A stretch of DNA of 64,000 bases from a virus: positions 23,952 through 87,951 of IMG/VR virus record IMGVR_UViG_3300023082_000001. One strand, written 5' to 3'. The notes beneath the pieces are model-generated. The model worked only from the letters and a program-made list of their open reading frames with translations, was not told the origin of the DNA and ran no database searches. Positions 8,009 to 16,707 of this stretch are shown here, in pieces. How positions within the stretch are numbered: the first letter of the stretch is position 1; each line of letters opens with the position of its first letter. Position numbers and translations under genes: made by a program.

Positions 8009-10210
8009 TTGCAGATCGCAGACTACTTCGCTAGCTTTTCCTTGAAGATTGATAAAGCTTCCGTAAAGAAAGCTGATGCCACACTTGACCGCATTGAAAG
8101 TCGTCTTAATGGAATGGGCGGTGGTAGTGGGTTTAGACTTGGTAAGTTCTCTATCAACCAAGGTAAACTTGATGCCACACTTGCCAAAGCATTGGACGCC
8201 GCTAGCCTTAAAGCTGTACTCAACATCACTAAGTTTGATGTAAACCAAACAGCTTTGAACATTGCACTAGGTAATGCTCTTGACTTAGCCAGTGCTCGTA
8301 ATACATTTCACATTGCACGGTTCAATGTTGACCAATCTCATTTGAATGCACAGATGGTTAGTGCAATGGCAAATGCTGCAAGGATTGCATCGGCTACAAC
8401 TACTCTTCGACCTCATGTTGCTAATCAGCACATGCAGCCAACAGCAGAGCGGGGAGTTAGTCGTAGGGTCGCTGCCCTGACAGGTGGTATTGCTGGTGGG
8501 TTGTCTCGCCTTTATGCTCCGGCACTTGGGTTGGCATTGGGTGGGTATGGACTTTCACAGTTAAACCAGCGTAACCAACAAGTGGTTAGTGCTCAACTTC
8601 AATCTCAAGCTGTTGTTCAACAAGCTGGTGGAACTACTGAACAAGGCCAGCAATCTTTCCAATGGCTGAGAAGTGAAGGCAACAGGATTGGTTTTAACTA
8701 CCTTGATGCATCTGGTGACTATAATAAATTGCTATCCGGCCTCACAGGTGCAGGGATGTCTGTTGCACAGGGGCAAGGGGTATTCAAAGGATTCTCTGAG
8801 CTATCTCGTGTAAACAAACTTGATCGTACACAACAGCAACGTGTGTACCGAGCTTTGAGCCAAGTGGCGGGTAAGAATAAACTTCAATCAGAAGAATTGA
8901 CAGGCCAGCTTGCAGAAAGCCTGCCGGGTGCAGTTAGTATATTTGCACAGGCTTATCAGAATCAACTTGCAGCAACTGGCAAAGGTGGTGGTAAACAAGG
9001 ACAGGATGCTATCACAGAACTTCTTGCCGCAATGAAGAAGGGTCAAGTTAAAGGTGATATCCTAACTTATGCTGGCACTGTCGCATCACAACGTGCAGCT
9101 CCCGGATTAGCAGCTGCATCCACAGCATCTCAAGCTGAGCAGGCACGTTATCAGAACAGCGTGAATGACCTTGCTGTAGTAGCCTCAAACTCAGGCGTAG
9201 AAGAGGGTTTTGCTCGTATTTTTCGTACCCTTAACGCAGGTTTGAGTGAAAGCAATGACTTGGTTAAGACTCTGGCTGAAGGCTTTAATGATGCCACTAA
9301 ATGGGCAGATGATTTGCTTCTGTGGCCTCAATCATTTATCAGAGCTTTGGAAGGTAAAGACAGTCTTGTAGCTGATTGGTTAGGTGTTGGTCAGACAGCA
9401 CAGCTTCAGGAAGACTGGAAACAGATTAAACAAATCTTTACAGACATCTCATCTTTGAAGTTTGATTTCCTCCCAACTCTTCAAGCAACATCCAGAGAGA
9501 TTGCCTCTATCCTTGGTGCTATTGCAGAGTTTGAAAAGTGGAAGAATGGTGGTAAGGATACAACAGCACCTAAAGATTTGCAGTATAAATCAGATACGGA
9601 AAAAGCAAGCCTGTTTGGTTTTGAATACACAAGTCCTGCTGCTATCGTTAGTGATATTTATAACAACGCAGGTGTTGGATTAAACAAAGCTCGCATTCGT
9701 GGACGTGCTGTGTATGAAGACCCGACATCTCCCTTCTATCAAAATCCTGAAAAGTTTGATGCTGACAGAGAAACAAACACTCTCTACTATCAGAACTTGT
9801 CTGCTATTAAGACTGATCCAAATGCTGAAGGTTTAGGTAGTGCCGTTAGTCAGGCAATGGATAATGACAATCTTCAGAGTAATTGGAATAATCTACTCTC
9901 TGGTAAAAACTCATACAACTCTTTGTCTACACCTAGTGGTGAACCTTTCCAAGATTTGTCTCAATACAGCCCTAAATCTCCAGAAGAAATTGCTGATTGG
10001 AATAAGTCTGCTGCAATGGCTGCTGCTGACCAGAATGTTACAAATAACAGTACCCAAAGCAATCAGTTTGATATCCAAATCTCCATTGATGGTGCAACAC
10101 TTATGGGTATGGATGTTGCTGGTCAAGGACAAGCTTTGGCAGATGCGTTTACAGCACAAGTGACAGCAGCCTTTGAACATGCTCAAACCAATTTTCCACT
10201 GCGAGAATAG
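8009..10210 (+). CDS. Tape measure protein
   Basis: 733 aa, Ala/Gly/Gln-rich helical. Tape-measure domain signature ALSQVAGKNKLQSEELTGQLAESLPG. TTG start with SD AAGGA. Confidence 0.9.
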   Translation: MQIADYFASFSLKIDKASVKKADATLDRIESRLNGMGGGSGFRLGKFSINQGKLDATLAKALDAASLKAVLNITKFDVNQTALNIALGNALDLASARNTFHIARFNVDQSHLNAQMVSAMANAARIASATTTLRPHVANQHMQPTAERGVSRRVAALTGGIAGGLSRLYAPALGLALGGYGLSQLNQRNQQVVSAQLQSQAVVQQAGGTTEQGQQSFQWLRSEGNRIGFNYLDASGDYNKLLSGLTGAGMSVAQGQGVFKGFSELSRVNKLDRTQQQRVYRALSQVAGKNKLQSEELTGQLAESLPGAVSIFAQAYQNQLAATGKGGGKQGQDAITELLAAMKKGQVKGDILTYAGTVASQRAAPGLAAASTASQAEQARYQNSVNDLAVVASNSGVEEGFARIFRTLNAGLSESNDLVKTLAEGFNDATKWADDLLLWPQSFIRALEGKDSLVADWLGVGQTAQLQEDWKQIKQIFTDISSLKFDFLPTLQATSREIASILGAIAEFEKWKNGGKDTTAPKDLQYKSDTEKASLFGFEYTSPAAIVSDIYNNAGVGLNKARIRGRAVYEDPTSPFYQNPEKFDADRETNTLYYQNLSAIKTDPNAEGLGSAVSQAMDNDNLQSNWNNLLSGKNSYNSLSTPSGEPFQDLSQYSPKSPEEIADWNKSAAMAAADQNVTNNSTQSNQFDIQISIDGATLMGMDVAGQGQALADAFTAQVTAAFEHAQTNFPLRE

Positions 10211-10213
10211 TGC

Positions 10214-10242
10214 TTTACTTATCTAACCAACATCTGTATAAT
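10214..10242 (+). promoter_or_regulatory. sigma70-type promoter of the inserted endonuclease gene
   Basis: TTTACT-17 bp-TATAAT immediately after the tape measure stop codon. Confidence 0.75.
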
Positions 10243-10273
10243 GTAACTCTAAATTTACTCTGAGGGTTAACTT

Positions 10274-11287
10274 TTGAATTATGCAGATGTTGGGGAAATA
10301 ATAAGAGATGATTTTAGTGGCTTCGAGTATGGTCATGAGGGTCAAATTTTAGTTTTAGGTAAAACAGAGAAAATTGCAAACGGTTCAAAATACGAAAGAT
10401 TCTACGCTATCCTATGTTCCAGATGTGTAGGTGATTCTGAGTTATTTGGTGAAGGCATATTTCTAGCTACTAAAAGTAGTCTTAAACGTGGTCAAATACC
10501 TTGTGGCTGCTCTTTTGCCTATAGGAAAACAAAAGAGTATTACGAAATCGTATGCCAAAGAAAAGCAGACTCCATGGGTTATATTTTTCTTGGTTTCGCT
10601 GAAAATTTTTCAGACCGAAAAACTAAACTATGCCTTTCTTGTCCCACACATGGTGAATGGAGGTCTGGTATTATTAATAACTTCCTTGGTCGTGGCATTG
10701 GATGTCCGGGTTGTAAAAGAACTGCTGTAGGATTAAGAGCTAGCAAAGAAGATAAGGAGATCACTGATCAATTCTTTTCAACGGGTGCTTATCATCCCGA
10801 AAGTATTTTTGAAAGAAGTGATCGTGTTAATAAAAATGGTCATAAACTTTATTGGAAGTTCACTTGTGGTTTGTGTAAAGTATCTGCTGAAAGTGATATT
10901 TCAAGTTTTAAATTGGGATGCTACCCTTGTGCATGTTCAAATAGAATACAAACCGCAGCGTACGTAAACTTACTCTCCGACAATGGAACGCCTTTATTCT
11001 TAAAGGTTGGTATTTCAAAAAGTCCAGAAGCAAGACTCAAGGATCAACAGAGATACTCTAGATTTGAAGTATCTAGTTTGTTTATTTATGACTTCAAATC
11101 AAAAGAAGAATGCCGCAGGGCCGAACGAGAGTGTATTAATAGTTTGCAAATGGGGCTGGTGGGGGAATCTGAATTTCCAGATGGTTACACCGAAACAACA
11201 TACATTCATAATCTAGAAAAGATCCTACAAATTTTTCATAAGAATAACGGTGTAAAAAGGGTATTGTCAAATGACATTAGCTATTAG
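10274..11287 (+). CDS. Free-standing homing endonuclease: Zn-ribbon repeats plus C-terminal GIY-YIG/T5orf172-like domain
   Basis: CSRC, CGC, CPTHG, CPGC, CGLC, CAC metal motifs; C-terminal AYVNLL...LKVGISKSPEARL. AT-rich, has its own promoter, interrupts the tail operon. Confidence 0.75.
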   Translation: MNYADVGEIIRDDFSGFEYGHEGQILVLGKTEKIANGSKYERFYAILCSRCVGDSELFGEGIFLATKSSLKRGQIPCGCSFAYRKTKEYYEIVCQRKADSMGYIFLGFAENFSDRKTKLCLSCPTHGEWRSGIINNFLGRGIGCPGCKRTAVGLRASKEDKEITDQFFSTGAYHPESIFERSDRVNKNGHKLYWKFTCGLCKVSAESDISSFKLGCYPCACSNRIQTAAYVNLLSDNGTPLFLKVGISKSPEARLKDQQRYSRFEVSSLFIYDFKSKEECRRAERECINSLQMGLVGESEFPDGYTETTYIHNLEKILQIFHKNNGVKRVLSNDISY

Positions 11288-12047
11288 TTGGGGTGTTGAT
11301 GACAGCCAAGATTCAGGCTTCATTGTCTTTGATTGTACAAGTTCATATAGTAGAAGCAGGAAAGGTCAAGTAACAAAGCATCCTATTTCACTAGGTTCCT
11401 CTATCACAGACCATTACTTGGCAGACAACCAAAGTATTACATTGTCAGCTGTTATCTCAGGTTCTGACTTATCAAGTAGCACATTCTTGATTCAGGACTT
11501 GAAGGGTAATGCTGCTTTCAATAGCTTCTCTCCCACAACCGAAGTAAATGTAAATAGCACTGATCAGAGTGTTTTAAAGAAGTTTATCCCAGACAGCATT
11601 GGACAATTTCTTTCTGACAGTGCTCCTACTATTACAATGGATACAGCTAGAGATGATTTGCTTGAGCAAGTAAGAGAATCTTTAGAGAATCTTACTTCAG
11701 GGAAGAAGTACAACGACAAGACTGGGCAGTTTGATCCTAACATTCAACTTGTTCAGCTTTATGAATATGATGGAACAATTCTTCGTAAAGTCATTAACAA
11801 TCTTGTTGTGACAAACTTGGTATTCAGAGAAGATGCCAATACTGGTTATGCTTTGTACTTTGATATGACTCTTGAACAAGTTACATTTGCTTTCTTGAAA
11901 AAAGCAACTATCCCTAAAGATATCACTAACAGCCTTAAAAAGAAGGCTGCAAAGAAAGATACTAAAGGTAAGGTTGATAGTACGCCTGATGCGGGGACAC
12001 CACCTAAAGACACAGACCCACTAAGGCAAGCTAAGGAGAACGGATGA
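11271..12047 (+). CDS. Baseplate/tail tube initiator (Dit-like N-terminal domain)
   Basis: FDC......R...VTKHPI..GS.ITDH motif typical of the gene after the tape measure gene. Confidence 0.7.
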   Translation: MTLAISWGVDDSQDSGFIVFDCTSSYSRSRKGQVTKHPISLGSSITDHYLADNQSITLSAVISGSDLSSSTFLIQDLKGNAAFNSFSPTTEVNVNSTDQSVLKKFIPDSIGQFLSDSAPTITMDTARDDLLEQVRESLENLTSGKKYNDKTGQFDPNIQLVQLYEYDGTILRKVINNLVVTNLVFREDANTGYALYFDMTLEQVTFAFLKKATIPKDITNSLKKKAAKKDTKGKVDSTPDAGTPPKDTDPLRQAKENG

Positions 12048-12379
12048 CTGATCATTTTGTTACACTATCCCTCTATCCTGATGCAGATTATAACTATGCT
12101 GTCAGCCTTCAAGGTCAATCTTACATCTTAGATTTTAAATATAATGAAAGGTGTCAGCTCTACTTTCTCTCTGTTTATACAGCGGAGAACGTTCCTGTTG
12201 TCTTAGGTGTAGGCTTGGTTCCAAGTTACCCCATTACAAAAGATTATGCTTTGTTTCCTTTGACTGGATTTTTCTGGATGGAAGAGAAAGCAGACATTAT
12301 CACAGAACCTTATAAAACTTATCCAGATAAAATAGATGAGTATTACAATTTCTATTACATTTGGTCTGAGGAAGATTAA
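12044..12379 (+). CDS. Baseplate protein
   Basis: 111 aa, aromatic-rich (L.GQSY.L.F.YNER), in baseplate synteny. Confidence 0.6.
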   Translation: MTDHFVTLSLYPDADYNYAVSLQGQSYILDFKYNERCQLYFLSVYTAENVPVVLGVGLVPSYPITKDYALFPLTGFFWMEEKADIITEPYKTYPDKIDEYYNFYYIWSEED

Positions 12380-12382
12380 TAG

Positions 12383-13282
12383 ATGGAAGGATATCAAAAA
12401 AATCGTGTATATGAATTGATTGTAGGAGATTCAAGATCTGGTGAGGCTTTCAAAATCACCAATGACCTGCAAGTTACTTTTGATATCTCTAAGTCTGTTA
12501 ATAACAAAAAGCGTACTAACTCAGCAGCGATAGAAATTTACAACCTTTCTCCTGATCAGATAAAGTTGCTTGATACAGACTACCCAGCTGCTGCATTTAG
12601 TGTTGGGTATTTGGATGTGGGTAATATCAAGCGTATTTTCGGTGGTCAAGTTAATCACGTATCAACTCGTAAAAACGGAACAGATATTGTCACACAATTG
12701 CAAATTGGTTCTGGTTATACTGATTTAAACCATGAAGTATTAAGTGAAATTGTACCTCCCGGTAAGACTGTCAGGGAAGTTGCAGAAACTCTTCGTAAAG
12801 CACTGCCCGGAGTTAGTCGTGGTGTCTACAACGGAACTAACTTAAACAATGAAATTCTTTATGGCTATCCTCTTATGGGAAGTCCTAAAGAGATGCTTGA
12901 TCAACTAGCTGATAAATACGCATTAGATTGGCAAGTTGATGACGATGTTCTTTATGTGAAAAACAATGATAGGGCTAATAATGAAAACTTTAACCAAGCT
13001 TACGTTATCTCTGCTTATACTGGGTTGATTGAAAATGCTTATCGTGTAAGTGGTGAGCGTAAAAGATCCAAAAAAGATAAGGCTAAGAAACCCGGCATTC
13101 AGATGAAGATTCTTTTGAATCCTGATATTAACGCTGGAGATATTATACGACTCGAAGACACTTACATCACTGGCTGGTTTAGGGTGGACTCTCTAAGGCA
13201 CACAGGTGGTTGGAGAAGTCGAGAGTGGGCAACAGAAATTAAAGCTTCGTATCTTGAGAAGGTGGATAGAGATGGCAGTTGA
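12383..13282 (+). CDS. Baseplate hub protein (gp27/gpD-like)
   Basis: V.FDI.KS, A.IEIYNLS, LLNPDI..GD.I.L motifs; precedes the spike gene. Confidence 0.75.
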   Translation: MEGYQKNRVYELIVGDSRSGEAFKITNDLQVTFDISKSVNNKKRTNSAAIEIYNLSPDQIKLLDTDYPAAAFSVGYLDVGNIKRIFGGQVNHVSTRKNGTDIVTQLQIGSGYTDLNHEVLSEIVPPGKTVREVAETLRKALPGVSRGVYNGTNLNNEILYGYPLMGSPKEMLDQLADKYALDWQVDDDVLYVKNNDRANNENFNQAYVISAYTGLIENAYRVSGERKRSKKDKAKKPGIQMKILLNPDINAGDIIRLEDTYITGWFRVDSLRHTGGWRSREWATEIKASYLEKVDRDGS

Positions 13283-14045
13283 TACAAATTTAGTTGCTGC
13301 TATTCAAGACACTGTTAATTCTGCTTTTGATTACAAGATGGAGAGTGTCAACACCGCCATTCCATGCATTGTGTTAGGTATTAGGGACAACGGCGGTACA
13401 CAGATGGTGGATATACAACCCACCATTAATCAGAAGCTTCAGGATGGTAGCATTAAAGAAAGACCACCTATCCTTGGTGTTCCTGTAAGCTTTCCCGTAT
13501 CAAGTACAGCCGGTATGACTTACCCGATTAAGAAAGGTGACACAGGCTTAGCTGTATTCTCTATGCGAGATATGGATACATGGAAGAGTGGTAATGGTAG
13601 ACCATCAACACCAAGCAATGCTTCCAAAATGGCAGCAGGGGATGCGGTATTTTATCCCGGTATCCAGCCTCCAGGTAATGCTGTAAACAACCCATCTAAG
13701 CACGTGCTGACACATAGCACAGCAGACACAGTGATGTTTGCCAACCTAGGCGCGGTTGAATGTGAAGTAAGACTTAAAGCTGATGGTAGTATTGAGATTA
13801 ACACAAGCAACCAGCCTGTCACTATCAATTGCTCCAACGCTACAGTTAATGCATCTGAAAGTATTAATCTGAATAGCCCACAAATGACTGTAGACGTTGC
13901 TAGCTCGGTTTGGCTAGGGGACATAGTTCACACAGGTAACTACACAGCTGTTGGCGTGCAAACCTTTAATGGGATCGTCTTTTCCACACATCGCCATTTG
14001 GGCGTGCAAACTGGGAATGGTACTTCAGGTATTCCTACACCATAA
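13272..14045 (+). CDS. Baseplate central spike (Gp138/gpV-like)
   Basis: ATG 13272. NTAIPCIV...VDIQP OB-fold start, P.KKGD.GL.VFS.RD.D.W, and C-terminal THRH.GV metal-binding apex. Confidence 0.85.
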   Translation: MAVDTNLVAAIQDTVNSAFDYKMESVNTAIPCIVLGIRDNGGTQMVDIQPTINQKLQDGSIKERPPILGVPVSFPVSSTAGMTYPIKKGDTGLAVFSMRDMDTWKSGNGRPSTPSNASKMAAGDAVFYPGIQPPGNAVNNPSKHVLTHSTADTVMFANLGAVECEVRLKADGSIEINTSNQPVTINCSNATVNASESINLNSPQMTVDVASSVWLGDIVHTGNYTAVGVQTFNGIVFSTHRHLGVQTGNGTSGIPTP

Positions 14046-14056
14046 GGAGGTGTATC

Positions 14057-14431
14057 ATCGATCTTAAATTAGATGAAGTAACGCATGACTGCCTTTGGGT
14101 AAATGGCCCGCTCCGTAAATCTGAAACTACTCAGCCTTACACAGAAACTGTGGCGCAACGGTTGAAGATACGTCTTCTTACGTTTATGGGAGAATATTTC
14201 TTCGATACATCTTACGGTGTCCCATGGTTCCAGCGTTTGTTGGGCCAAAAGCAAACATCCAAAGCAGCAATTGACCTAATCTTTAATCAAAAGATCCTAG
14301 AAGAACCCGGCGTTAAAGAGATTGTAACATTCAACTCTACATTTTCAAACAGAATTTACTCCCTGACTTTTAGTGTCCGTGTGGTGGATGGTTCTGTGAC
14401 TGATGTTATTTCAGTCTCCCCAGTTAACTAA
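14057..14431 (+). CDS. Baseplate wedge/sheath initiator (gp25/gpW-like), apparent ATC start
   Basis: QRLKIRLLTF.GEYF.DT.YGVPW motif. The frame is open upstream of the first canonical start (GTG 14150) and reads IDLKLDEVTHD, 6 nt after a perfect SD AAGGAGG. Confidence 0.8.
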   Translation: MDLKLDEVTHDCLWVNGPLRKSETTQPYTETVAQRLKIRLLTFMGEYFFDTSYGVPWFQRLLGQKQTSKAAIDLIFNQKILEEPGVKEIVTFNSTFSNRIYSLTFSVRVVDGSVTDVISVSPVN

Positions 14432-14448
14432 AATTAAAAGGAAATAAA

Positions 14449-15888
14449 ATGGCGGGTATTTCTGACCAAGGCTTTACAATAAAGAGGCTCAATGATGTTG
14501 TCTCAGACTTACGCGCAAAAGCAGTAGAGTTGTTTCAGGATCTTATTGAACCCGGACAACAGGTCGACACATCTGACAGTGCTGTTTTGGGTAGGTTAAT
14601 CAACACAATCTCTCCATCCCTAGCTGACCTATGGGAAGCTGCCCAACAAGATTATGCAGCCTTTGATCCCAATACATCTACAGGTATTGCTCTGGATAAT
14701 CTGGTAGCTTTGGGTGGCCTCACTCGACAAGAGCAAACATTCTCTACAGCACAAGTGTTGCTGACAGGTGATACAGATACTGTTATTGCTGTTGGCCTAA
14801 CTGTTGGCAGCTCTGTTGATAGGTCACAGTGGACATTGGTTAGTCCTGTCCCTCTTAGCACAAGCAATGCAAGTGGTGCAAGCTTCTCCCCTCTTGTTGT
14901 TGCTGATAGCACTCTCTACACCATCACCTATGCTGGCAATACTACAACCAACACCATCAATTACACATCTGGAACAGGTGCTACAGCTGAATCTATTGTA
15001 GCTGGTATTGCAGGTGTCGTCACAACAAGTCATCCAAGTTTTGCTGCAAGCATTAACGGCAACGTGCTGACCCTCACACGAGTTGATCCATTCTCGGTGG
15101 TGACTTTAAGCACATCTGCGAACCTTGGTGTAACTAAGATTCAAAAGCTCGGTGAAGTGGTGTCATCCGTTGCAGGGCCTGTAGGGTCTGAGGTTGGATC
15201 ACTTACAAATATCCTCACTCCTCAACTTGGTTGGGACAGTGTAACCAACCCTCTTCCAGCTTCTGAAGGAAGAGACGTTGAAACTGATGAGGAACTTCGT
15301 CTAAGGTTTCGTGACACCAAATTTGAACGTGCCAGCTCAACAGTTGACAGTGTTTATTCAGCGCTTCGTGACTTGGATGGTGTACAGCAAGTTGTAGTGT
15401 ATGAAAATGATCTAGACACAACTGACTCTAATGGAATTCCATCGCATAGCTTCATGCCTATTGTTCTTGGTGGCTTGAATAGTAATATTGGACAAGCTAT
15501 TTGGGAAAACAAACCAATGGGAATTAGAAGCTTTGGTGATACCACCGTAGTCATCTATGATACTCAAGGTTTTGCTCATAATATTCAGTTTAAGCGTCCT
15601 GATCCTGTACCTATCTATATTACTATGAGTCTAACAAAGGATAGTACATATCCCGGTAATGGTGATGCTGCAATTAAATCGGCTTTGGTGCAATTCTTTC
15701 AAGATAATTTTGGTATTGGTGATGATGTTATTTATAGTCGTCTCTACACGCCGATCAATAGTATACCCGGCCATTTTGTCAACTCGTTAAAAATAGGAAC
15801 GACTGCAAGTCCTACGGGGACTGTCAATATTCCTATTAGCTTCCAACAAATCGCAACTCTTGACACTACACACATCGTCATCACTTGA
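14449..15888 (+). CDS. Baseplate wedge protein (gpJ-like)
   Basis: STGIALDNL..L.G.TR, GRD.ETDEELR.R and IG.DV.YSRLY..IN motifs. Confidence 0.88.
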   Translation: MAGISDQGFTIKRLNDVVSDLRAKAVELFQDLIEPGQQVDTSDSAVLGRLINTISPSLADLWEAAQQDYAAFDPNTSTGIALDNLVALGGLTRQEQTFSTAQVLLTGDTDTVIAVGLTVGSSVDRSQWTLVSPVPLSTSNASGASFSPLVVADSTLYTITYAGNTTTNTINYTSGTGATAESIVAGIAGVVTTSHPSFAASINGNVLTLTRVDPFSVVTLSTSANLGVTKIQKLGEVVSSVAGPVGSEVGSLTNILTPQLGWDSVTNPLPASEGRDVETDEELRLRFRDTKFERASSTVDSVYSALRDLDGVQQVVVYENDLDTTDSNGIPSHSFMPIVLGGLNSNIGQAIWENKPMGIRSFGDTTVVIYDTQGFAHNIQFKRPDPVPIYITMSLTKDSTYPGNGDAAIKSALVQFFQDNFGIGDDVIYSRLYTPINSIPGHFVNSLKIGTTASPTGTVNIPISFQQIATLDTTHIVIT

Positions 15889-15906
15889 TAAAGGAGGTAT
15901 TTAAAA

Positions 15907-16698
15907 TTGATTACTCCCTTTATCGAAGAGGACTACCTTGGTATTGCCCGATCACGAGTAACTGAACAATTCAAATCGAAGGTGGTATTTGACAAATTCC
16001 TACAATTACTTATCGCCGCTCAAGTAGAAATCCAGTCTGTCCTAAAAGATCTTATGCAGCTTCGCTCCCTTGATACAGCCACAGGCGAGCAGCTTAATAT
16101 AATTGGACGTATTGTTGGTCAAGACAGGGTGTTGCTCAACTCTGACCTATATACTTTCTTTGGTTTTCAAGGGGCTTTGAAAGCAGGATCAATGGGCACA
16201 CTATCTGACCCAACGGTTGGTAGTGTGTTCTACAGCTTAGGCGGATCACTTGGTGGTAACATTGAGCTTGACGATGAAACTTACCGTCTGTTCATCAGAG
16301 CTAAGATTTTAAAGAACACCACAGCATCAACTTCTGAGGAATTCATCAGAGCTGTCAACTTAATATTTGGGAACAGTGCTGTGATTGCTATTGAAGATGA
16401 ATCAAGTGAGCAATCAGGTAATGTGCTTGTATTGTTTAATAGACACTTGTCAGATTTTGAAAGAGGTCTACTGCTTTATGAAGATAGTTCATCTGGTTAT
16501 CCATCAAGTCTAATCCCCAAAACTATTGGTGTGAATGTGAGATACGGCGAATATATCCGTATCGACCCACCAATTAGTTGGTCTGTACGTTACGATAACT
16601 CAGGTAATTGGGCGTATGACCTTCCTTACACTTATGACTCTGTGCCATCTTATTCTGCAACGTTTGATGAATCAGATATTGAAATTACTTTATACTAA
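15907..16698 (+). CDS. Baseplate wedge protein (DUF2612-like)
   Basis: LDTATGEQLNIIGRIVG and LDDETYRLFIRAKI motifs; TTG start. Confidence 0.8.
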   Translation: MITPFIEEDYLGIARSRVTEQFKSKVVFDKFLQLLIAAQVEIQSVLKDLMQLRSLDTATGEQLNIIGRIVGQDRVLLNSDLYTFFGFQGALKAGSMGTLSDPTVGSVFYSLGGSLGGNIELDDETYRLFIRAKILKNTTASTSEEFIRAVNLIFGNSAVIAIEDESSEQSGNVLVLFNRHLSDFERGLLLYEDSSSGYPSSLIPKTIGVNVRYGEYIRIDPPISWSVRYDNSGNWAYDLPYTYDSVPSYSATFDESDIEITLY

Positions 16699-16707
16699 AG
16701 GATGTTT

